The notes under the pieces were generated by a model. The model was not told the DNA's origin. It ran no database searches and saw only the letters and a program-made list of their open reading frames with translations. A stretch of 64,000 bases of DNA from Candidatus Latescibacterota bacterium (GTDB lineage Bacteria > Latescibacterota > UBA2968 > GCA-2709665): contig CAXXXF010000013.1 of assembly GCA_963667175.2 (NCBI GenBank), forward strand, positions 128,001 to 192,000, written 5' to 3'. Each line of letters begins with the position of its first letter. Within the stretch, counting starts at the first letter, position 1. The translations under genes were made by a program, and so were the position numbers. This document shows, in pieces, positions 41,316-51,625 of the stretch.

Positions 41316-42824
41316 GTGAGACTTCCTTCTCAAATCAAAGAGAATCCTCTTCTGAGCTTTCTTGTTTTCCTGCTCGTCCTGGGTTTCGGGACATTCATGG
41401 GTGTCCTGTTTTGCGATGGTTTTCAAAAGTACGTTTCTTCGCGGCTTGACATATGGGAGAAATCCGAGGTTCTCCAATTTATCGGATTTGCCATGGGCGG
41501 AATCCTGATCGCCGTGCAAGCCCTGATGTCATACAAGCGCGCCACGGCATTGGAGGATACCGCGAGAGCCCAGGCCGATGCGGCGAACGCACAAGCGGAT
41601 GCGGCGAACACGCAGGCCAGAGCCACGGAGGAGCAGGCAAAAGCCAACCAGCACACCGAGCAAGGACAGCGACAGGAACGCCTGAAAAACGCCATCGAAC
41701 ACCTGGGGCATGAATCGGATTCCGTGCGACTGGGAGGTGCATACGAACTGTTCCATCTGGCGGAAGACACGAAATCGATGTGTCAGACGGTACTGGACAT
41801 TCTCTGCGCTCACATCCGGCGGACGACAGGCGAAAGGAAGTATCGGGAAGAGTACAAGTCTAATCCGTCGGAAGAAATCCAGAGCATTCTGAGCATGTTG
41901 TTTGTTCAGGAGCATGATGTATTTGAAGATTTGCCGATAGACTTGAGGGGAAGTTGGCTAACAGGGGCTGAGCTTCGGAACGCACGATTAAGAGCGGCTA
42001 TTCTACGAGAAGTGAATTTGCAAAAGGCCGATCTTATCGGTGCCCACTTGGAAAGGGCTGTTTTGGCGAGGGCGCAGTTGCAAGGGGCGATTCTTCAAGG
42101 TGCACACATGCAGGAAGCAAAGCTTCATAGTGCAACTCTGATCGGGGCGAACTTCAATGATGTAAATCTGCAAGGCGCAACCCTGGCGGATGCGCATCTC
42201 GAACGGACAGACCTTCGGATGGTACATTTGGAAGCAGCGGATTTTGACGGTGCATTCTTGACGGGGTCTAACCTCAGCCATGCGTACATGCAAGAAGCCC
42301 TGCTTTCCGGTGCGGACCTAAAAGGTGCGAATTTACAGGGTGCACGCCTTCACGGAACACATCTTAATGACGCACACCTGCAAGGGGCAAACCTCCGACA
42401 CGCGCGGCTTTACGGGGCTCATCTCAACGGCGCACACCTACAAGGGGCATGTGTTTCAGAAGCTCATTTTAATTATGCCGTTCTTGACAGAGCAGACCTT
42501 CGTGGCGTCAGATGCAAGGGGTGTTTACCTGCTATATTCGCGCAACGAATAATGCAGGTAGTAGACAGCGAAAGTGATTTGTCGACAGCAATATTCGCCG
42601 GTGGGTTAACGAACGAGGATTTGGATTCCATTGGAGAAGGTGTGTTCAGCGAATCAGCAAATGCGCTGCGTGAAGTGTTGGCATCTCATATTTGTCAACC
42701 AATACGTCATAGCCCACTGAAGGATAGCGGCACGATTACCGGTTCCTACACACAAGAAGAAGCCGAGAAATGGATCGCGGAATACCAGGAGGCGACGGCG
42801 GCGGAGTCGGAGGAGGATGGCTGA
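41316..42824 (+). CDS. Membrane-anchored pentapeptide-repeat protein (paralogue 2, longer repeat tract)
   Basis: IEHLGHESDSVRLGGAYELF, long A(H/D/N)LxG tract; C-terminus similar to paralogue 1. Confidence 0.88.
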   Translation: MRLPSQIKENPLLSFLVFLLVLGFGTFMGVLFCDGFQKYVSSRLDIWEKSEVLQFIGFAMGGILIAVQALMSYKRATALEDTARAQADAANAQADAANTQARATEEQAKANQHTEQGQRQERLKNAIEHLGHESDSVRLGGAYELFHLAEDTKSMCQTVLDILCAHIRRTTGERKYREEYKSNPSEEIQSILSMLFVQEHDVFEDLPIDLRGSWLTGAELRNARLRAAILREVNLQKADLIGAHLERAVLARAQLQGAILQGAHMQEAKLHSATLIGANFNDVNLQGATLADAHLERTDLRMVHLEAADFDGAFLTGSNLSHAYMQEALLSGADLKGANLQGARLHGTHLNDAHLQGANLRHARLYGAHLNGAHLQGACVSEAHFNYAVLDRADLRGVRCKGCLPAIFAQRIMQVVDSESDLSTAIFAGGLTNEDLDSIGEGVFSESANALREVLASHICQPIRHSPLKDSGTITGSYTQEEAEKWIAEYQEATAAESEEDG

Positions 42825-42926
42825 GACGAGACGCCGTCACCATAGTCGTAGGGTTTTTGGCAGAGGAGACGGCAGGCAGGACCGCGGCGTTTTTTCAAGG
42901 AAACTGAAACGAACGAGGATAGAGGA

Positions 42927-43247
42927 ATGGCTTCGAAGGAGATCCTCGAGCAAGTACGTCTCGCCGCGTCTCACCGCATTCTATTTCTCCCCCATGCCGT
43001 TCGCCAGATGGCAAGGCCAGACAGAATGATTGCGGCAATTGACATTCGTACCGTTATCATGCACGGGGAGTTAATCGAGGATTATCCCGATGATGTTCGC
43101 GGTCACAGTTGCCTTATTCACGGACAAGGCAGTGACCAGCGAGATATTCACGTAGTCTGCGCTCCGAAAGGAGATTTCGTTGCAGTAATCACTGCGTACC
43201 TGCCCTCAGATGACGAGTGGGAGCAAGACTTGCGGACAAGGAGATGA
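42927..43247 (+). CDS. DUF4258 domain protein (putative toxin)
   Basis: FLPHAVRQM, GELIEDYPDD, SCLIHG, IHVVC, VITAYLP...W. Confidence 0.85.
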   Translation: MASKEILEQVRLAASHRILFLPHAVRQMARPDRMIAAIDIRTVIMHGELIEDYPDDVRGHSCLIHGQGSDQRDIHVVCAPKGDFVAVITAYLPSDDEWEQDLRTRR

Positions 43248-43249
43248 CG

Positions 43250-43462
43250 ATGAACTGCATCCATTGCCATGGGCAAATGGCGCGTTCGAAAGCACCCTTC
43301 CATGTTGACCGCAGCGGTTATCACCTGGTCTTCAATACCGTTCCAGCGTGGGTCTGTGCCCAATGTGGCGAGGCCTACTTCGAAGAGCGCGAAGTCGACG
43401 CGATTCAGAACGCCATAAAAGGACTCGACCGTCAGGCTCGGGTGATTGTTGCTGAAAGTTGA
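43250..43462 (+). CDS. YgiT-type zinc finger protein (MqsA-like, putative antitoxin)
   Basis: CIHC...VPAWVCAQCGEAYF. Confidence 0.85.
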   Translation: MNCIHCHGQMARSKAPFHVDRSGYHLVFNTVPAWVCAQCGEAYFEEREVDAIQNAIKGLDRQARVIVAES

Positions 43463-43470
43463 TTCGCTGT

Positions 43471-43755
43471 CACTGCTGTCCAAGAACCGTCGGATTCCCA
43501 GAGATAAGGTTCGAAAAATGGCTTCAATAGGCGATTTTGGACGGGTTTGACCCGGATATTGAAAACCAGGTTTGCCATCGTCTGCGCAATGCTGTCCAAG
43601 AACAAGGTGACGTTTCCAGCGGCCATAATTGTGCTGTTTCCATCTCAATAAGCCCGTGAAATAAGCATTTTGTGAATCTCAGGCGATCTTGGTCGAGGGA
43701 TGGCTTCGCGGAAGTGAACCAGATGCTGTCCAAGACAGAAACTGATTTTGGACAG
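43471..43755. repeat. 285-bp direct repeat, copy 1 (identical to 46667-46951)
   Basis: Base-by-base match CACTGCTGTCCAAG...GATTTTGGACAG. Confidence 0.92.
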
Positions 43756-43818
43756 GTGTGATCATCCATATGAACTCGAGAACAATGTAGTTTGCGTTTG
43801 CTACAGTAGAGGGGAATA

Positions 43819-44892
43819 ATGGGTAATAATCACGCGACTCCTGCCCAGCAACTCGCAGGCAGAGACCTGCCTAATGGTTGGAAGGTCGGTAAGTTGATTG
43901 AGCGACCAGAAACAGCAACCGGGGGACACTTCTCCACGTCTTACATCGTTCGCTCTGAAACTGGGGAAGAGGCATTTCTCAAGGCAATGGATTACACCAA
44001 AGCGCTTGAGTCACCGGACCCGGCACGGGCACTGCAATTAATGACGGCTGCGTATAACTTCGAACGGGACATACTAGAAAAATGTAAATCAAAACACCTA
44101 TCTCGCATTGTTAGAGTTCTTGACTACGGAACGCTCCCGTCCCAAAAGGGTAATCCAAGTAGCGTGGTCCAGTATCTGATTTTCGAATTGGCAAAACACG
44201 ACATTCGGTCATTCGTAGGTTGGGAGCGAAATTTCGATACAGCTTGGTCATTGCGTACGATGCATCAGGCAACAGCGGCATTGCAGCAACTTCACTCTTT
44301 GGAAATAGCCCATCAAGATCTAAAACCGTCGAACGTTCTGATTTTTGAAGATGACCAATCAAAGTTGGCAGATTTGGGACGAGCATTTGATCGCCACAGC
44401 AGGTCGCCTCATGACGAGTCAGCCTGCGCGGGTGATTTAACCTATGCGCCGCCGGAGCTATTATATAGCCATGTTCCAGCAGACTGGAGGGTTCGTCGGT
44501 TAGGATGCGACCTGTACCTATTGGGCAGTCTTGTAGTGTTCTTTTGCACGGGAGTATCCCTGACTCACTTGCTTCTTATGAGGCTTGACGAGGAACACCG
44601 ACCCACGAAATGGGGCGGCACGTACAAAGAGGTATTGCCATATCTCCAACATCGTTTAATGCAGATCATTCGGGAGTTACGTGGGATGATTCGGATAGAC
44701 TTCGCTGATGAAATCGCAGATATAGTGAAACAGCTTTGTAATCCTGATCCCACATTGCGGGGCCATCCCAAGAACAACAAATTTAACCGCAACCAGTACT
44801 CTCTCGAGCGGTATGTGTCCATTTTTAACCTTCTCGCCAAGAAGGCAGAATGGTCACTGACGCGTAGAGATCCGATCAGGAGGTCGAACTAG
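43819..44892 (+). CDS. Hanks-type Ser/Thr protein kinase
   Basis: GGHFS loop, AFLK, IAHQDLKPSNVL, LADLG, YAPPE, DLYLLG. Confidence 0.92.
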   Translation: MGNNHATPAQQLAGRDLPNGWKVGKLIERPETATGGHFSTSYIVRSETGEEAFLKAMDYTKALESPDPARALQLMTAAYNFERDILEKCKSKHLSRIVRVLDYGTLPSQKGNPSSVVQYLIFELAKHDIRSFVGWERNFDTAWSLRTMHQATAALQQLHSLEIAHQDLKPSNVLIFEDDQSKLADLGRAFDRHSRSPHDESACAGDLTYAPPELLYSHVPADWRVRRLGCDLYLLGSLVVFFCTGVSLTHLLLMRLDEEHRPTKWGGTYKEVLPYLQHRLMQIIRELRGMIRIDFADEIADIVKQLCNPDPTLRGHPKNNKFNRNQYSLERYVSIFNLLAKKAEWSLTRRDPIRRSN

Positions 44893-44894
44893 CC

Positions 44895-46427
44895 ATGGCC
44901 GGATTTAGTACGGACAAAGACCGGAGAGTCATCCCTCGTTGGAGAACTCTCGACAAGACTATTGTGCTTGGCGAACTCAATTCGGTCGCGCCACCTCTCG
45001 CCTATCAGATGGTTACTGCCGATTCCTTGAAATCAAGAATCATGGATTGGTTGGAACACCAGACGGTAGGCCATGCGGCAGATCTTGTTGGTGCAAGTCT
45101 CACACTCGGTGCAGAAACAGAGGTCGCCAAAGCTGCAAAGTTTCTATTGCAAGACGATCGCAATGCATCGCCGTGGGCTAGAGAGCTTGCAGAGCACGCG
45201 TTAAAGACTACATACATCGATAAGGCAAATCCGATCTCAGCCGTAACTGGAGATGAACTTTCGCAAAATAGCATCGCAACTTTACGTAAACTGCTTCGAA
45301 ACGAACCTAGGGATCCAATCACTTGGGTGGAACTCTCGCGCGCATATACCATTCTTGGGCACGGAAAACAGGCTGAACGAGCTATGACCGTTGCGTTGCA
45401 GCTTGCTTTTGACAACCGTTTCGTTCTTCGTGCCGCGAGTAGGCTCTGGGTACATCGCAAGGATCCGGAGAAAGCGCACGACATAATCGCCAAATCAGAA
45501 AGAACCCCTTTTGATCCGTGGTTGTTGGCTGCCGAGATCGCGATAGGTAGTATTGATGGAAGGAAACCAAGATTCGTTAAGGCTGCACGGCGAATGCTTC
45601 ACGAAAGCCATTTTTCGCGTGTCCACATAAGTGAACTTGCGTCAGCGATAGCCACATTGGAATTCAATCATGGAAACGTAAAAAGATCTCGTCAGCTCTT
45701 TGACCTATCTCTAGAAAATCCGACTGAAAACAGTATTGCTCAAGCCGCTTGGGCATCGAGACAAAACACGTCAATTTGCATCGACGAGGGACATTTGGAT
45801 CGCCCCAATACATTCGAGGCACGCGCTTGGTCATTTTACAATCGAAGTCAGTGGAACCGGGTAATCGAAGAATGCCGGCTGTGGCAGTCAGATCAACCAT
45901 TTTCGAGTCGGCCAAGTGTTCTAGGTTCCTATGTGGCAGCGGTTGCGCTTGAAGATTACGATACGAGTACATCGTTTGCCGAACCCGGTCTAAAGGCTAA
46001 TCCGGCTAATGTCACGTTGCTGAATAACATGGCGTTCGCGTTAATAAACCGTAGCGGGAAGGGTGACATTGACAAAGCGAAAAGAGCGCTTTCGCGAGTG
46101 GATCATTTGCCTGTATCTAAGCAGGAGCGCGTTGCTATTAAAGCGACTCGTGGACTATTGGCGTTCCAGACAGGAGATGTAGCCGAGGGTCATCGAATGT
46201 ATTCGGATGCACGATCGGATGCCCGAAGATTGCAGGATAATAAATTACATGCCTTGGCATCTGCTTTTCATGTCATTGCTGGCTCGTTAGATAGATCCTC
46301 TGACAAAAGTCCCACAGGTTCTGAGCCGTTGGACAGGTTGCGACGCGAGCCCGATCCAATCTTCAGGGTGCTCGAACGCAGGCTTGCTAAGATTAAAATA
46401 AAACCTATTACCAGGAGCAGCAAATAG
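44895..46427 (+). CDS. TPR-like all-helical protein
   Basis: TPR-like segments (ITWVELSRAYTILG...AERAMTVALQLA; GLKANPANVTLLNNMAFAL); starts 2 nt after the kinase stop. Confidence 0.7.
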   Translation: MAGFSTDKDRRVIPRWRTLDKTIVLGELNSVAPPLAYQMVTADSLKSRIMDWLEHQTVGHAADLVGASLTLGAETEVAKAAKFLLQDDRNASPWARELAEHALKTTYIDKANPISAVTGDELSQNSIATLRKLLRNEPRDPITWVELSRAYTILGHGKQAERAMTVALQLAFDNRFVLRAASRLWVHRKDPEKAHDIIAKSERTPFDPWLLAAEIAIGSIDGRKPRFVKAARRMLHESHFSRVHISELASAIATLEFNHGNVKRSRQLFDLSLENPTENSIAQAAWASRQNTSICIDEGHLDRPNTFEARAWSFYNRSQWNRVIEECRLWQSDQPFSSRPSVLGSYVAAVALEDYDTSTSFAEPGLKANPANVTLLNNMAFALINRSGKGDIDKAKRALSRVDHLPVSKQERVAIKATRGLLAFQTGDVAEGHRMYSDARSDARRLQDNKLHALASAFHVIAGSLDRSSDKSPTGSEPLDRLRREPDPIFRVLERRLAKIKIKPITRSSK

Positions 46428-46458
46428 TGGTCAGTGGCCGGTGGTCAGGAAGAGCAGT

Positions 46459-47517
<1,059 letters not shown>

Positions 47518-47815
47518 TGTCAGCTTCCGTTTATTTTCATGAATTGCAAATAGTCGACATCCAGGCCCCACCAAGCAAGAGTGGGAGGATGTAAACAATA
47601 CGGTGCTCCCCGTAATAAGTGCGAGACCACGTAATCAACCAATGACCATTGCGGAGTCTACATCGGGTACGAAGCTGACCTCGCTGCAGTAATTGGATCC
47701 CGTTGTACCGATATATTAATGAGACAATTCTCCTTTATAGAGAGAATAATGACGAGGTTGAAGGGGCGCCGACCGAGATACCGCCCGTTACCTATTACGC
47801 CAGATGGAGTGTATT

Positions 47816-48265
47816 ATGGATATGATCAAGATTCTTGCTGGTGGTTTTGTAGGCGCGCTAATTTCCGCGTTTGTCACTTGGCTGATCGCAGCAAAACGTA
47901 CCGTCATCGAGAACATCACTCACGAGCGAGCTAAATGGCGTGAAAAAGTTCGGGAGAGAGCGATGCTCGTTCACGATGCCATGATCAAGAGAAGTGAAGA
48001 AGATCTCGATCGGCATAGAAATGAGTTTCGTGCGCTACTCAATCCGTTCGACTGTGAAGACATGAGCATTATTCGGTGCATTGAACTTCCGAAAAATGGT
48101 GGTGAATTGGTGCACGCTGAGGAATTCGCCGAACGGATAGCGCGACTACTGAAGCACGACTGGGAACGAGCAAAACGTGAAGCCAAAACTTTCTCCTTCC
48201 TCCGACGCAAGCCGAAACTCAAACCCTACCGCGTGTGCTGTTGCCGTTCTACGCGGGGCAGGTGA
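47816..48265 (+). CDS. Small hypothetical protein with N-terminal TM helix; 3' end runs into mod
   Basis: Hydrophobic N-terminus, NITHERAKWRE, LLKHDWERAK; GGAG RBS. Confidence 0.65.
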   Translation: MDMIKILAGGFVGALISAFVTWLIAAKRTVIENITHERAKWREKVRERAMLVHDAMIKRSEEDLDRHRNEFRALLNPFDCEDMSIIRCIELPKNGGELVHAEEFAERIARLLKHDWERAKREAKTFSFLRRKPKLKPYRVCCCRSTRGR

Positions 48266-49635
48266 AGTGCATCTATATCGATCCGCCGTACAACACGCGT
48301 TCGGCCTTTGAGCATTATGACGACAACCTCGAACACACGAAATGGTTGGCGATGATGTGGCCGCGCCTTGAACTCCTGCGCGACTTGCTGGCGGAGGACG
48401 GTTCGATTTGGGTGTCGATTGACGACAACGAGGCGCACTATCTCAAGATCATTATGGACGAAGTATTCGGAAGAAGGAATTTCGTGGCAAACGTGTTTTG
48501 GCAGAAGACCCACACACGAGAGAATCGAACGGATGTATCGGCTGTACATGACCATATAATACTTTTCGCACGCGACCGGGATGCTTGGAAGGAAGTTCGA
48601 AATGTCCTTCCTGCGTCAGAGAGTCAACTTGAAAGATTCACAAATCCAGATAATGACCCAAGAGGTTCTTGGTCTTCGCTTCCAGCCCATGCAAAGGCTG
48701 AGAAGGGCCGCAGAAAGGAACAGTTTTTCACAGTGACTACCCCAACAGGACGTACGGTTAATCCCCCTCCGGGCCGATGCTGGCTATATACGGAAGAGCG
48801 ATTTGCAGAAATGGTTGCAGACAACCGTATATGGTTTGGAACTGAAGGCACTAACGTCCCCCGGGTAAAGAAATTCCTGTCGGAAGTTCAACAAGGACTC
48901 GTTCCATCTACACTCTGGCTTTACAGAGACGTCGGTACGACTGGAGAAGCAAAAAGTGAAACCACGGGCCTGTTTCCTGGAGAGATACCTTTTTCAACCC
49001 CGAAACCGGAACGTCTGCTTCAACGAATCCTTCATATCGCTACCAATCCAGGCGATCTCGTCCTCGATTCCTTCCTCGGCTCCGGCACGACCGCAGCGGT
49101 GGCGCACAAGATGGGTCGGCGGTACATTGGCATAGAAATGGGTCAACACGCGGTGACACATTGTGTTCCGCGTTTGAGGAAAGTGATCGACGGCGAACAG
49201 GGCGGCATCTCAAAGCTTGTAAATTGGCAGGGCGGTGGTGGATTTCGCTTCTATCGGCTCGGTCCGCCCGTCTTCGACGAGGACGGGCACATTCGATCGG
49301 ATATCCGCTTTTCCGTGCTGGCCGCACATGTCTATTTCAGCGAGACCGGGCGTCCTTGGCGCGGCAACGACGATTCGCCACTCCTCGGTCTGCACGAGGG
49401 GCGCGCCTACGCGCTACTGTACAACGGCATCCTCGGCGACGGGCAACCGGGCCCCGGCAATGTCTTGACCCGAAGGACTCTGACGATGATTCGTCGAGAG
49501 ATTGCGCGAAAGGATGCGGGTTTCGACGGTCCAGTGACCATCTACGGCGAACAGTCGCGCTTATCGCCTTCAACTCTCGATCGTGAGGGCATCGTTTACA
49601 AGCAGACACCTTATGACGTCAAAGTGAGTCGATGA
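48235..49635 (+). CDS. mod: Type III R-M methyltransferase Mod, apparently 5'-truncated
   Basis: CIYIDPPYN, FSTPKPERLL, DSFLGSGTTAAVA; begins at LLPFYAG without the preceding GDNL segment or an RBS. Confidence 0.85.
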   Translation: MLLPFYAGQVKCIYIDPPYNTRSAFEHYDDNLEHTKWLAMMWPRLELLRDLLAEDGSIWVSIDDNEAHYLKIIMDEVFGRRNFVANVFWQKTHTRENRTDVSAVHDHIILFARDRDAWKEVRNVLPASESQLERFTNPDNDPRGSWSSLPAHAKAEKGRRKEQFFTVTTPTGRTVNPPPGRCWLYTEERFAEMVADNRIWFGTEGTNVPRVKKFLSEVQQGLVPSTLWLYRDVGTTGEAKSETTGLFPGEIPFSTPKPERLLQRILHIATNPGDLVLDSFLGSGTTAAVAHKMGRRYIGIEMGQHAVTHCVPRLRKVIDGEQGGISKLVNWQGGGGFRFYRLGPPVFDEDGHIRSDIRFSVLAAHVYFSETGRPWRGNDDSPLLGLHEGRAYALLYNGILGDGQPGPGNVLTRRTLTMIRREIARKDAGFDGPVTIYGEQSRLSPSTLDREGIVYKQTPYDVKVSR

Positions 49636-49675
49636 ACCTGCGGAATGCGTCAGCATGTGGGTGTAATCCTACGTC

Positions 49676-51073
49676 GTGCTGTCATTTACGGAGGAGCATT
49701 CACGAGGAGAATGGACGATCGATAGTGAAACATCGCGCATCCGCGACCCGGTCCATGGGCTAATTGTGTTCGGGGACCGAAATGACAAAGCCCGAAACGA
49801 GACGGATGACATCGCCTGGCGTCTGCTCAATACGCCCGAGTTTCAGCGATTGCGCCGAATCCGCCACTTGGGTTTCTCCGACCTGGTATATCCCGGCGCG
49901 ACGCATAGCCGATTTGCACACGCGGTCGGCGTCTATCACACAGCACGTCTGCTCATTGAAGTGATCAGGCGCCGCCTGAAGAACCGTGAGTTTGACAAGG
50001 AACGAGCAACGGTTGCGCTGTTGGCAGCGCTTCTGCACGATATCGGGCATGGGCCTCTGAGTCACGTCTTCGAACAAGCGTCTCAGGCCACGGGCGGTAC
50101 AAAACGCCATGAAGACTGGAGTGCGGAGATCCTCCAGGGAGATACGGAGGTCAACAGCATATTACAGGAGGTGGACAAGGGGTTACCGAGAGAAATTAGC
50201 GCGGTTATTAAGGAGGAAGAGCCGAAGGACATCTACGCCACTGTGGTTTCCAGTCAGTTCGACGCCGACCGACTCGACTACCTGCAGCGGGACCGCCTGA
50301 TGACCGGTGTCGAGTTCGCGCATCTCGATCGTGACTGGCTGTTCGACTGCCTGGAGGTCGGCTCGGTCACAATAGATGAGGATGCGCCGGTAAGGGTACC
50401 CTGTCTATATCTCAATCTCAAGGGTCTGCAAGTGGCGGAGGAATATCTGGAGGCCCGTTTCCGCCTCTACAAGGCGGTCTATATGCACAAGACCACACGG
50501 GCCGCCGAGAAGATGCTTGGCTCTATGCTAAAAACCTTCACGCTGGATTATCGAGACAGCCAACTGGCACAGCAAGAGCCATTATTGCGGTATTTTGTGG
50601 ACGAATCGCCGTCGTTGGGTTCGTATCTCGAACTCGACGATGCGTCGGTTTGGACCACCCTGGCGACTCTTGCTGCTTCATCCGACACTCACGTCGCTGA
50701 GTTAGCAAGCCGTCTGCGCGAACGCCGTCTATACAAGTGCCTGGACGTCGGAATGCAGGCGCAGGACGAAGCACAAGGCAATCTATTCCTCCGCTTCCGG
50801 CGAGAATTGAGGTATCGTTACCTGGGCTTCGACAGCCTTCTGTTCGACGACGCGCCGGTCACGCTATACGACTGGTACAGTTTCGAGGATTCCTCTGCAC
50901 TCAATAAAATACTCGTCAAGACGCGCGCCGAAGATCACGAACCAAAGGACATCGCCAACGTGTCGAGCATTGTACCTGCGCTTCGAGACGCGGAGCGTAT
51001 TCAGCGGGTTTACGCCCCGTGCCAACGCCAAATAGAAGAAATCACTCGCATTATGGAGGAGATCAATAAATGA
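49676..51073 (+). CDS. HD-domain phosphohydrolase, SAMHD1/YwfO-like dNTP triphosphohydrolase; start uncertain
   Basis: IRDPVHG, FQRLRRI, PGATHSRFAH, LLHDIGHGPLSH, DADRLDY, VYMHKT. Confidence 0.88.
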   Translation: MLSFTEEHSRGEWTIDSETSRIRDPVHGLIVFGDRNDKARNETDDIAWRLLNTPEFQRLRRIRHLGFSDLVYPGATHSRFAHAVGVYHTARLLIEVIRRRLKNREFDKERATVALLAALLHDIGHGPLSHVFEQASQATGGTKRHEDWSAEILQGDTEVNSILQEVDKGLPREISAVIKEEEPKDIYATVVSSQFDADRLDYLQRDRLMTGVEFAHLDRDWLFDCLEVGSVTIDEDAPVRVPCLYLNLKGLQVAEEYLEARFRLYKAVYMHKTTRAAEKMLGSMLKTFTLDYRDSQLAQQEPLLRYFVDESPSLGSYLELDDASVWTTLATLAASSDTHVAELASRLRERRLYKCLDVGMQAQDEAQGNLFLRFRRELRYRYLGFDSLLFDDAPVTLYDWYSFEDSSALNKILVKTRAEDHEPKDIANVSSIVPALRDAERIQRVYAPCQRQIEEITRIMEEINK

Positions 51074-51603
51074 ACGCGAAAGACGTCGTAGTCGACATAG
51101 TTAAACTGAGCGGTCACGAATTGAACGGCCAGACCCGGCTGCAGAGGGAAGCCTACCTGCTGGATCGCTGCGGGGCGAAATTCGGGATCTCGTTCTTCTA
51201 CTACCATCACGGTCCGTATTCCTTCGAGCTAGCGGATGGATGGGCCGACGCAAAAGCCGAAGATCGGATTGAAATCAAGCAAAAGCTCGGCCGGTACGAT
51301 GTCTCATACTTGAGTTTCAAGAAGAAAGCGGCCGATGCCCATCCGGAAAACCTGGGCGAACTTTCAGCCGCCGATGCTCGGGAACGACTACAGAAAATGG
51401 CGCAGGTATCAGACGTCGTTTTGGAACTCGCCGCTACTATCGTATTTCTGAAGGAAAATGGTTATAGTGAGCGGCCAATTGAAGAGTTGAAAATGCGCAA
51501 GCCTATCAAAGCCGCGGGTGGTCGGACCGAGAAAGCCAGGGCTCTTCTCTGCGACCTCGGCCTCAAAAGTGAAGCGACGCTTTCAGAGTCGGCTGCGATT
51601 TAG
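51070..51603 (+). CDS. YwgA-like (winged-helix; DUF4065-related) protein
   Basis: GQTRLQREAYLL, FFYYHHGPYSFEL, LELAAT; ATGA overlap with the HD gene. Confidence 0.65.
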   Translation: MNAKDVVVDIVKLSGHELNGQTRLQREAYLLDRCGAKFGISFFYYHHGPYSFELADGWADAKAEDRIEIKQKLGRYDVSYLSFKKKAADAHPENLGELSAADARERLQKMAQVSDVVLELAATIVFLKENGYSERPIEELKMRKPIKAAGGRTEKARALLCDLGLKSEATLSESAAI

Positions 51604-51625
51604 ATAGGATTTCAGGAACTGATCC

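Noticed and set aside
43475-43736. GCTGTCCAAGA repeats as a CRISPR array
   Set aside because: Repeats are only ~12 bp, spacing is irregular (116 and 134 bp) and there are no cas genes
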